A program made the translations under genes and the position numbers. From Pristiophorus japonicus (taxonomy: Eukaryota), in the NCBI RefSeq assembly GCF_044704955.1, contig NC_091984.1, forward strand, positions 177,754,001 through 177,818,000: a DNA stretch of 64,000 nt, read 5' to 3'. A model generated the notes under the pieces. It did no database searches. It worked only from the letters and a program-made list of their open reading frames with translations, and was not told the DNA's origin. How positions within the stretch are numbered: the first letter of the stretch is position 1; each line of letters starts with the position of its first letter. This document shows, piece after piece, positions 39,701 to 51,700 of the stretch.

Positions 39701-42700
39701 CTTCAGCAGCACTCCCAAATCCGCGACCTCTGTCACATAGAAGGACAAGGGCAGCAGATGCATTGGAACACCATCACCTGCATGCTCCACTCAAAGTTAC
39801 ACACCATCCAGACTTGGAAATATGTTGCCATTCCTTCATCCTCGCTTGGCCCAAATCCTGGAATTACCTCCATAACAGTGCTATTGGAGGGCTGTTTTCC
39901 TGTACCCCCTTTAAAATTGTACCAGTTAGTTCATATTGCCTCTTCTCATTCGTCCAGAAAAATCTATCGCTTCACACTTTTCTGTGTTAAATTTCATTTG
40001 CCATTTGTCTGGCCATTACACCAATTTCCGTATGTCCACCTGAAGTCTGTTCATATCCGCACCAGTGTTTACTACATTTCCGAGTTTGTATATCAGCAAA
40101 CTTGGAAATTGTGCTCTCTATACACAAGTGCAGTTCGTTAAATGATATCAAAAACAGCAGTGGTCATAATATAGATTCTTAGGGAAAACCACTGTTTCCA
40201 TCCCTTTGGTCTAAAAAACAATTGTTGAGCACTACTCTCCGATTTATATATCTTAGGCAGTATCGTAACCACACTGCCACTGGCCCTTTAATCCTATAGG
40301 CTTTGATTTTGCTAGGAGGTCTTTTATGAAGTACTTTGTCAAACACATTTTTAAAGCCCATCTCCACAACATCAATAGCATTGCCTCATGAACCCGCTCC
40401 ATTATTTCATCAAAAAATTGAATCAGGTTAGTCAAACACGATTTGCCTTTAACAAATCCGTACTGACTTTAATTTGTTAGCCTATACTTTTCCGAATGCC
40501 AGTTAATTTTGTCCCGGATTATCATCTCTAAAAATATCCTCAGTACTTATGTTAAGCTGACTGTCCTGTAATTGCTGGGGTTATGCCTCTCCATTTTTTT
40601 AAATGGGATGTAACAGTTGCTATCCTCCAGTCCTCTGGCATCACCCCATGGAGGATTGGAATTGTGGCCAGACCCTTGTAAATTTCCACCCTTCCTTCCC
40701 TCAGAATGGGTAACGATTCTACTTTGAGCACTGCTAACCTTTTCATTACTTCCTCTTTATCTATTTTTTTCCTATCCAATATTGCTACTGTCTGTTCCTT
40801 TACTGCTACATTCACAGCATGGCGGGGCCTAGCATGCAAGTGCAAAATACAAGCATTTGCCACCATCTTCAGCCAGATGTGCCAAGTGGATGATCCACAG
40901 TCTTCGGCCAATTCTATTCACTCCACGTGATATCAGGAAGTGGCTGAGCGTACTGGATACAGCAAAGGCTATGGCCCCCGACAACATCCTGACTGTCGTG
41001 CTGAAGACTTGTGCTCCAGAACTAGCCATGCCTTTAGCCAAGCTGTCACAGTACAGCTGCAATACGGCCATCTACACGACAATGTGGAAAACTGCCCAGG
41101 TATGTCCTGTCCACAAAAAGCAGAACAAGTCCAATCCAGCCAATTACTGTCCCATCAGTCTAGACTCAATCAACAGCAAAGTGAAGGAAGGCATCATCGA
41201 TAGTGTTACCAAGCAGCACTTACTCACCAATAACCTGCTCACCGATGCTTAGTTTGGGTTCCACAAGGCCCACTCAGCTGCAGTCATCATTGCAGCCTTG
41301 GTCCAAACATGGACAAAAGAGGTGAATTCGGGAGGTGAGGTGAGAGTGACTGCCCTTGATATCAAGGCAGAATTTGACGAGTATGGCATCAGGAATCTTA
41401 GTAAAATTGCAGTCAATGGGAATCAGGGGGAAAACTTTCCACTGGCTGGAGTCATACCTAGCACAAAAGAAGATAGCTGTGTTTTTTGGAGGGCAATTAT
41501 CCCAGCCCGAAGACATCGCTGCAGGCGTTCCTCAGGGCAGTTTGCTCAGCCCAACCATCTTCAGCTTCTTCATCAATGACCTTCCCCCCATCATAAGGTC
41601 AGAAGTAGGAATGTTCGCTGATGATTGCAGTGTCCAGATCCATTTGCAACTGCTCTGAAAATGAAGCAGCATATGCCTGCATGTAACAAGCCCTGGACAA
41701 CATACAGGCTTGGGCTGATCAGTGGCAAGTTATGGTCCCGCCACACAAGTGCCAGGCAATTAACATCTCCAACAACAGACAGACTAACCTGCCCTTGATA
41801 TTCAACAGCATTGCCATCGCCAAATCCCCCGCCATCAACTTAATGACCAGAAACATATCTGCCACATAAAAGCTGTGCTAACAAGAGCGGGTCAGAGGCT
41901 GGGTATTTTTTGGCGAGCTTCTCACCTCCTGACTCCCAAAAGCCTTTCCACCATCTACAAGTCACAAGACTTGTAATGTGATGCAATATTCTCCACTTGC
42001 CTGGATGAGAGCAGCTCCAACAATGCTCAAGCAGCTCGACACCATCCAGCACAAAGCAACCCACTTGATTGGCACCCCATCCACCACCTTCAACATTCAG
42101 TCCCTCCACCACTGGCGTACCTTGGCTACAGTGTGTACCATCTACGAGATGCACTGCAGCAACTCGCCTCATCTTCTTTGGCAGCACCTCTCCAACCCGT
42201 GACCTCTAACAATTAGAAGGACCAAGGGCAGCAGGTGCATGGGAACACCATCACCTCATTTTCCCCTCCAAGTTACATACCATCCTGACTTGGAAATATA
42301 TCACCATTCCTTCATCGTCGCTGGGTCAAAATCCAGGTACTCCCTCATCAACAACACTGTGGGAGTGTCTTCACCACAAGGACTGCAGCTGTCCAGGGTG
42401 GCGGCTTACCACCACCTTCTCAAGGGCAATTAATGCTGACCTTGCCAGCGATGCCAACATTATAGAACAAATAAAAAAAGCTTCCCTCCTGGAGCGCTAA
42501 AGCAAAAGTTCCCAGGATGAAAAAAAGATTATTGTCTGGCGATAGTTTCACACTTTTCAAAAGTTATCGTCCCAAATGGGGTGGAACGGAATTTCTAGCC
42601 CTTTAAGATTTTGCCCACATGCAACATTAGATGAACTGATCCGTTCAATCGCCCTGTTGCTTGAAATAGTGCTGGCACAGAGGACTGCTGCAAAACGAAG

Positions 42701-45700
42701 GTAGATTTACTGCTGCTGGAATATTGTAGTCATTTGCATTATTTTGTTCATATGACAGGACAGCACCTGTACGTAGAGTGAAGCTATTTCCTATTGACAT
42801 ATCTGGGGGAAGTTTTGGCCCTGCACTTTAGGTAAACCTACCACGTGATGGACGTGTTGCACCCTCGCATGCTGCGATGGCTTGAAAAGATCGAGTGGTG
42901 TCAACGTTTATTGAGGTGGTAATCTTCATAGCAACATTTAGGACCATCTTCTTCTCCAACTTATTTGCAGGGCAGGTTCCAGAGGATGGCATAATTTCAT
43001 GGCAGCCAGTCACATGAAGCAGCAATGGTAAAGCCAGTTCTTCAAAAACATTGCCAGCTAAGTGTATAGGTCTGTAAACGTGGGTCCTGGGGTGATTCTT
43101 TGCTGGTACGAGATGCCTGAAGTCCATGTTTACTTGCCTGACCACGTTTCCTTGCCTTTCCTCACTCTACTTGATCTCTTCCTCCTGGAAATCTACAACA
43201 AACCTTAGAAGATGCAGTCGAATAGTCAAGCTTGGCTATGTGATTTCAGTGTCCAAGAAGGAAGAGGTGGAAAATGTATAAAAAAGAGAAAAATAAACAA
43301 GATAACGATAGATGGTTAGTTTGTCATTAGTGCTTATTAACAATGCAAAAATGTTACAATACAGCATATTTTCCATCAGCAACATTAAGATCAGTAGAAA
43401 TATATAACATTACAAAGAACAATGACTCGATTAATACATTATTCTCTGCACCGTTTGACATTCATAATCACATTCGATTGAATGAATGGCCAATTTCCGA
43501 TTATCACTTGTTCTAATATTTACCTTTCAGGCTTTGCAGTTCAGTGTTCACTTTCTTGAAAGAGGCTTGCAATTGCTTTATTTCCTTCGAAATGTGTAGG
43601 TCTTGAAAATGTTAACACAATTAATTGTACAAAAAGAAAATTCTTACAATTCAACGAGTTTGGGTTAACTAATAACTAACCATCCATTTAACAATTGAGA
43701 TAGCAATATAACGGGATAAATAGTCCACCTGACAATTGGGTGTAAAACCTGGTTTGTGGTGTCCATCAGAGAAACCATCCGATTTACATATCATTGGCCG
43801 TGATCTTGGTCTCAACTGACAAAGTGGGCAGCATGTCAGGAAGGAGTGCACGAATATGTGTACCCAAGGCTGGTTCCAAATTGGATCCTGGGCCTGTTTT
43901 CCAGAATACGTGCGAGCTGCAGGCACCAGTCAAGCATCTGGATGCAGCTCCCCAAAACTTGCCGGCTCAGGCACCTAATCCACCCACAGTTCATTCCTAG
44001 GGGGAGGGGTGTCAGGTGAATGAAAGGGGGCGAGCTGGTTAGGCCACAGTAGATTCGGAAAAAGTAATCTGTGGCGCCAGAAGCAGGCGTTAACCCGCCT
44101 GATTAGCATTAGTGACTGTTACGGTTGGGCGCCCAAACCCTTCAGGCATGGGAGATTGCACCCATAATTCGGCCCCCAACTTAAAGCTTGTGCCCCTAAA
44201 ACAGACATAAAGCTACCAATTTCCCCATCAGTGATTTCAATCGAAATATAAATCGTGTTGTTTTTATAATGACAGTTTTACACCCAGGCATAAGTTGAAA
44301 ATCTATCTATCTGTTGGTAAACTAACACAAGGCTCCAATGTTCACTTCATTAAATGCGCACAGAAAAAAATTAACTGCTGGCCACTGTCTAAAAACGAAC
44401 AGTATGCTATTTACATAAGCAGGACATTAGAAATGTAATAATTTGTGTTCTGGATTACTGAATACAGAATGATGACCAACATCTTACCATAGGTTTTAAT
44501 TTTTTGCTCTGAATTAAATTCAATCCTGTAGTCAGAACTTTGCCCAGCTGGCATCGCTATCTCAGACTCTGAAATTTAAAGAAACATAATGCTCACAACA
44601 TAGGAACGAAACGACTTATACACCAAATAATCGACTCATCGGAGGTAGTTACTGTATGAGAATTGTGTGGGGGTGGCATGAAACTCAACTTCAGCGGTGA
44701 GGAAATGCAGGCAGTAATGAATAGATCATCCGTTAGAGGCAGTGGACTCGCTATTGCCCATTTTGCGTCCCTCCGAAATTGAAATTCACCCCCATCAAGT
44801 AGAAATTGAGCTTAAACAATATGCTGAAGCTTGAGGAAGAGAATGTCGAACAAGAAAGTAATGCTTTGTCAAACTCGTGCGTGATCGCTCCTGGTAATCT
44901 GGATAATGCATTCTTTTATAGCGATGGGGCATTACGTTGCATGAGGGGCACAATGAATGATTCTGCTACTCAGGCGTTTTAATTGATACTCAACGCTCGA
45001 CGCCAATCATATATGTGCTTGACGACTTTCAGAAGCGTGTTGTTAGTTCATAGGTAATAAATTGAAGACATTACAATTTGTCCGAAATCTCAGATTTCTC
45101 TCCGCAAGTGACGGCAGTCTCCATTCCGCCACTCTTTCTCACTGATCTCCAGTCCCCCAGTCTCCCTCTCTTCCCCTGATTCCCGTTCAATGACTCGCAC
45201 CACCCCTCCCACCCATCTTCCATGCTTCTCCACCTCCATCCCCCGAAACCTCAATCTCCCTCTCTCCGATTCTCATACTCTAGCCAACATTTCTCGCCCT
45301 GTGCATCCATCCCTCGAACACCAGTCTCACTCTCTATCCCGACTCCAGATTAACAATTCTCCAAACCCCTTCCTTCCTAATTCCCAAGACCCCACATCCT
45401 CACTTCAGGAATCACGACCTTCCATCTTCTCCCCCAGCCCTGCGATTCCTAAACCCCCAAAACGACCCCGCTCACAAGCCGGTTCAAGCTCTGTGCGGCT
45501 TGTGTGTGGAGCCGGGTTGGGGAGACATCAAGCTGGAGGCTTCTTTGCGGCTGTAGCCCGTGACTCCACGGAGGGACGTTGCTGCGCCGGGAAATTTACA
45601 GGACACATAGACGAGCAGCAGTGCTTCGGCGATCAATGCCACATTCAACGAGACTGGCAGGCAATTCAGGAGGGCTGGCAGTCCTAGACTCCACAGAATG

Positions 45701-48700
45701 TAAAACAACATGTTTCAAAAATATAACTTTATTTGCTGGCTTACAGTTGCCCACTTATGCCGAAGACACTTATCACGAAGGGATCCTTCAACAAGCAGGG
45801 CCCTGATTAACATATTAAGGGGCCTGTCGTCTGTACTTGTTGCCGGTCAGGATGCCTATAAAATGGTCCCCACGAATTTGCAGATTGAGTGCAAGTGTCC
45901 CCGAGAACCGGAAGCCACGGTAACTAATTTCTGCTCCCGAAGTTTACAGAGACGATCAGATCCATTGAGGAAGATTTTCAACATTCCGCCCTGGCGTAAA
46001 ACCTGAGTTGTGGATGGGCCACCTATTGTTGAAAGTGCTAGATTTTCATCTCTATTGATTTCAATGAAAATTTAAATCTGGCAGTTTTTATTTTGAGTGG
46101 CCGATACCAAACGCCATTTTTATTGCAAATCTAACCAGTTGTGTCTGTGCCAGGTCTCACCTGTACAATGCAAAACTAATCATACTGTCTACTCCGCCCA
46201 GCTCTGTATCTTACACTCTTTCAAATATTTATAATTTTTTTCTGGAAGGATACAATGGTTTCCCCTCCTCAATTCATCCATCTGACAAGAGATTCCATAC
46301 TCACGTGGCGGTCTGCATGAAGTATCGGTATCATGGTCACCATGAAAATAATAGATTTTGGTAAAACCCCATCTGGTTCACTAATGTCTTTTAGGGAAGA
46401 AAATATATCGTCCTTACCTGGTTTGGCCTATATGATACTCCAGACTCACAGCAATGTGGTTGACTCGTGGTTGACTCGTAACTGCCTCCTGAAATGAACT
46501 AGCCCGTCTCAAGGGCAATTAGGAATGGACAATAAATGCTGGCTTTGCAAGCTACACCCACGTCCCATGAACGAATAAGAAAATAAGTTTCTCCAGTCCT
46601 TTCTTCTCACTGTCTTAGCGATCATTTAAAATTGATTACCCCTTTGTACTAATTCCAGAACTGCAAGTAATATACTTTCCTTATTTACTCTGTCAAAAAC
46701 CTTGATTTTTTTAAATTAAGTCTTCTCAGCCTGGTATCCTTGTGGAAATATTCCCAGGACCTCAATACTGTCTCAAAACCTTAACTTACCGTTCTTGGCT
46801 TCACCTTGCTGAATTTGCTTTGCTTTCTATTACCCTAGAAATTCATGTCACACAGTGGCGCAAGACGGGCGGCATTAGATCGGCCACCCATTATACACAT
46901 CACCTGATATTCAAGTCCATTTACTGCAAGGCAACTGAATATCAGTCGCTGCATATAACAGGCGGCTGATCAGATACTTTCCCTATTGCACTGCTCCCCG
47001 AGACGAATTTCTCTGCCTTTGGGTGTCAATATCCTTTCTATAATGGGATTTTCAAAATTGCACATTGTGGCCGAACCAATGATTAGCAGAAATATGTCAT
47101 TATATCTTTATCTTGTACTCCATGCCACTATTTTTAAAATCCAAAATGATGTCAGTCTGTTTGTGGCTTTATCTGCCCACACTAGCACGTTCAACCTATT
47201 AGATATTTCAAATCCTATGTCCGTCTGTTCATCCATATCTTTCCTTCCATGAAGTGTATACTGCCATTCATTATTTCCCTCTCAAACTGTATTACCTTAC
47301 ACTTATCCAAATTAAATTGTATGTGACATTTATCTTTCCATTCTGCTAACTCCTCTATACCATTCTGGACTTTGTTGTTCCCTCTACTTTTGTGTCAGCA
47401 GAAAACATCGAAATGCTGATCCTTGTACCCAGATCCAAATCATCCATACAGACTTAGAAAATAATTGGACCAAACACGGACTCATGCTGTGTCCACTTCC
47501 AACAATGGGAGAACCGTCACTGCAAAGACTGCAGTGGTTCAATAAGAACGCCCATCACCACCTTCTCAAGGGTAACTGGCCAACAAATGCTGGCCAGGAT
47601 GTGCAATGCAAGGATGGAAGTTGGGTGTCCCAGTGTGGCAGGAACCTACAATATTTTTGCAAGGCCCAGAGGACCACTTATCACAAGAATTGTTCCAAAT
47701 TTATCTTGGCAGTGCCTCTTGGCCTTCACCATCATGGAACTGGTTGAAGTGTGCATGGTGCACGCTCCAACCAGTTTCAACCTAAAATGGCAAATGGTGT
47801 CCTAGGATTTGCATATTGAAAAGGACATACCAGTTGAACCAGGTATGCGCTAAGATGACCAGACATAGGTTTTGGACAATCTGGAGAGATGTTCATTGGA
47901 TATCTTGGCGATTTAGGGTTAACATTCCATCTAATTTGTACCTTAAAGCGACAGGTTTTCCAACATATAAAAAGGATGAGATTGGAGAGGAGAAGCATGG
48001 TTTGTCTGCTGATATATAATGTGCCTGTGTAAGGAAATAAGTGTTGGATAATAAAACAGGGGCAGCGAGTCAATTTGCTCAAGATAACAGTAGGTAAAGA
48101 AAGTCTTGTTTAAGGGATGTGGTTCTCAGGTAAACAATTGCACACTGTTTACATAGGTGGTCTGTTTTCAAAGGATTTGGGAAACACATACATCAATTTG
48201 ACATTTTCCTTTGATGTAGTCAAAATATGGTTTATAAAGGGTATTGTTTTTTACAAATTTGTCAGAGTGTACTGGAAAGGTACAGAAACCGGTAAAGTCA
48301 CTCTCTGTACACAGTTCAAGACCAATCCCCTTTCTGTGTATCAATAAAATCTGTTCAGTCGAGACACTAGGAAGTCTTGTGCTTACTGGAAATGTGTTGT
48401 TGTGCACCAGAGGAGAATGGAAGTTGCTTAACAGTAGGCACTTTTCAAAATGTACCAGCTTCTTTATAAGTATTAAAGGGATAGTAAGGTTGGCGATCCA
48501 ACTTTGACGGCATGAGATAAGAATATTTAGCCACACTAAGCGCACACAGTCAGTTTTCCTCTAGAGAGAGTAAAAAACATGGCTAGTTATGGAAAGGACA
48601 ATTGAAAAGATAGGATCATAAAAAGTCAGAGAGAAAAACAGGAGATGGAGGAAAGACAAATAGAAACACAGAGAGCAGCAGTGACAGAAGTTAGATTGCA

Positions 48701-51700
48701 AACACAACAGCAAGAGCTGTGCAAACAGAGGTGGGAGAATCTGCTAAACAATGAGGCGACAGGAATTTGTTGAGAGTGGTCATTGACTGACAAGTACTGC
48801 AGATAGCGTGTTGTTCTCAAAGTGAAATTTAGTGTAGTTTTCATACTTAAAACATTTTCTTTACTTCTGCAAGTTAGCAGATAACAATCAATCAGCTGTA
48901 AGTGTGTTTCTGCCTCGGTGTTAAATGTAGTGCTCTGACGAAGGATCATCGAACTGGAAAGTTAACTCTGTTTCTCCCTCCACAGATGCTGCCTTGCCTG
49001 CTTAGTATTTTCCAGCATTTTCTGTTTTTAGTTCAGAATTGCAGCATCCGCAATATTTACTTGTGTATGTTAATTATTGGGGCTGGATGATGATCGACCA
49101 GTTGTAACTAACGTGTTTCTGAAAGGTATATATTAGAGGGATATCTACTAACGTACACAGATCTGGGAAAATCTATTAAACAGAGTGACTTGCTAAACAG
49201 AATGGTGACAGGAATTTAATGAAGTTGGGAATTCGGTGCAGAGGGGCGTAGGGGAGGTGGTGGTAATTACTTTAAACCAAGAGGCAAGAGTAAATAAATA
49301 AATATAACAATTAGACTATTTAATTAGATCCAAGGAGATAACATTTAAATTCACTAAGTAAAGGATAGCGTCATTAAAGTGATCCAAATTGCGTTATATA
49401 AAAAAATTTGTATACCTAAATAGTTGAAAAATAAATAGGAGTAAGGAAGTACTAAATTAAAAACATATATAACATAAGTAGATATAATTTTAAGTAAAAT
49501 GATGGGACAGTTGTGATCCGTTCCCTGCAATTCACATGCCTTGTGGGAACTCCAGGATGCTTCATGTGCCCTGAATAACATGTGTGTAGGAATTGTTGCC
49601 TGTTTCTCGAATTTAAGTTCGGGGTTCCTGAGCTTGAGGAGCTGTTGGAATCGTGGCAGGCTGTATGGGAGGTTGAGAATTTCCTGGAGTGCATGTTTCC
49701 AGAAATGGTCACGCCGTAGCTACAGCGATTTCAGGAGGATAGTACTGGATGGTCATCCAACAGGGTAGGAAGTGTCAGCAGTACAGGAATCCTCTGGGTG
49801 TAAGGCATTCTAAAACCAGTTTTCAATGCTATATACGGGTGAGGATGATGATACCTTGGGGGAGTGCAGAATAGAGCAAACCCACGGCCCCTTAGGGCAA
49901 ATGAATGCACTGGGACAATGTATAGAAATACAGTGGTCAAAAAGGAAACGACAGTCAAGCTGATAGGCAGGCGTTTCTACAAGTGCCAACGTGAGTGCGG
50001 CATGGTGGGTTACCTCCCTGCTGCCAAAGTAAACTCTATCACTGAAAGGGTGCAGAACATTTTGAGGGGGACGGGACGGGGGAAGAAGAACAGGCAGAAG
50101 TCGTGGTCCATGTGGGAATAAATGAAAGATGAAAGAAAATGATTGAGGTAATACAGGCAGAGTTTCCAAAGATTGTGAGTAAATGAAAGAGCAAGATTTC
50201 AAAGGCAGAAAGCTTTGTCTTATTCCCATTACCATGCGCTAGTGGGTGTACAATAAGGAATGTTAACGATTGGCTCGAAAAAATGGTCTAAGAGGGAGGA
50301 CTTTAGATTCCCAAAGAACAAAAGGCAGGAGGGACCTTTTCAAGGTGGACGGATTGCACCCCGATAGAGCAGGAACAATTGTCTTCATGGGAAGGTTAAC
50401 TAGTACAGTGAAGGAGGGTTTAAACTTATTTCGAAATAAGGAACAATAGAGGAACTATCAGTGGAGGGTGCATGCTATAGGCCACAATATAGGGCAAGGA
50501 GAAAATTTGCTTGAAAATTACAGAAATACGCAAGGACTACAGAGCAGTGATAATGGGATATTTCAATTATCCAAATATAGACTGGGATAGTAACAGTATA
50601 AAGAGTGAAGGGGAATGAATTCCTGAAATGTGTAAACGAGAAGTTCCATGAGCAGTATTTTTCCATACCAAAGAGGAAGGAAGAAGTGCTGGATCTAGGT
50701 ATGGGTGTTGAAGTGGGGCAAGTGTTGCATGTTTAAGTGAGGGAGCAACTGGGGAAGAGTGATCACAGTATCAGCAAGTTTACAATAGTAATGGAACAGG
50801 ACAATGAATAGTCAAAAGTAAAAATACTTAACTGGAGGAGGGCTAACTTCATTGAATTGAAAAAGTATCTGGCCCAGGTGCATTGGAATAAAAATTGGTA
50901 GGCAAAACAGTAATTGAACAACGGGAGACCTTCAAAGAGGATATCATTCGGGTATAGGATAGACACATTCCCACAATGGGGAAAGGACGGGCGTCCAAAG
51001 CTCGAGCTCCGTGGATGACTAAGCTTATATAGATTAACATGAGACAGAAAAAGGAGGCTTATGACAAATATAAGGTTCTTGATACAATAGAGAGCCAAGT
51101 TGAATAGAGAGGTGATATAAAAAAGGAATAAAAGGGGCAAAGGCACATTATGAGAATAGATGAGTGGATAATATAAAAAGGAATTCAAAAGTATTACATT
51201 TACTTATAAATAATAAAGGGGTATTCAAAGGAAGAGTGGGTCGGATTAGGAACCAAAAAGGATATCTTCTTGTGGAGGCAAAGGGTTTGGTAAGGTACTA
51301 AATAAGTACTTTGCTTCTCTCTACTCTGGAGAAGAAGATGATGCCAATGTAGCAGTAAAAGAGGATGCAGTAGCGATATTGGATAGGATGAAATGGACAA
51401 AGAGGTGGTACTTAAAAGGTTGGCAGTCCTCAAAGTAGAAAAGCCACCTGGTACGGATGGGATGCATCTTAGGTTATTGAAGCAAGTAAGGGTGGAAATT
51501 CGGAGGCTCTGGTCACAATCTCCAATTCTCCTTAGATATGAGGGTGGTACCAGAGGACTGGAGGATTAATATTTTTACAATCACTTTAAAAATGGGGAGG
51601 GGATAAAGCCAGCAACTACAGTTTAGTCCTCCTTCTTTGCTGTATCATTCTATGGTTCCATGATTCTATTTTAGATGCAGTATGAAGACAATGCACAAAA

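Larger units (their letters stand above)
14440..40815. repeat. Intragenic tandem array of exon+intron modules (A x5, B x6, C x2, D x2)
   Basis: Recurrent intron blocks such as gaagatacaaaatt..ttccaaaatagag and tctggaaataaagaatatt recur near 15.2, 22.8, 24.6, 32.7, 36.7 and 38.2 kb. Confidence 0.95.

Noticed and set aside
14440-40815. Recurrent repeats as a CRISPR-like array or a cluster of separate genes
   Set aside because: Units are kb-scale exon+intron duplicates in vertebrate DNA; only one TM exon and one CTLD set were found.
45190-45806. 165-aa Pro/Ser-rich ORF and a hydrophobic minus-strand ORF
   Set aside because: Low-complexity pyrimidine tract plus probable repeat interior; no recognisable domain or convincing exon structure.
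47600-48550. Cluster of 70-125 aa ORFs
   Set aside because: No motif recognised in any frame; possibly an old TE, but not supportable without a database search.
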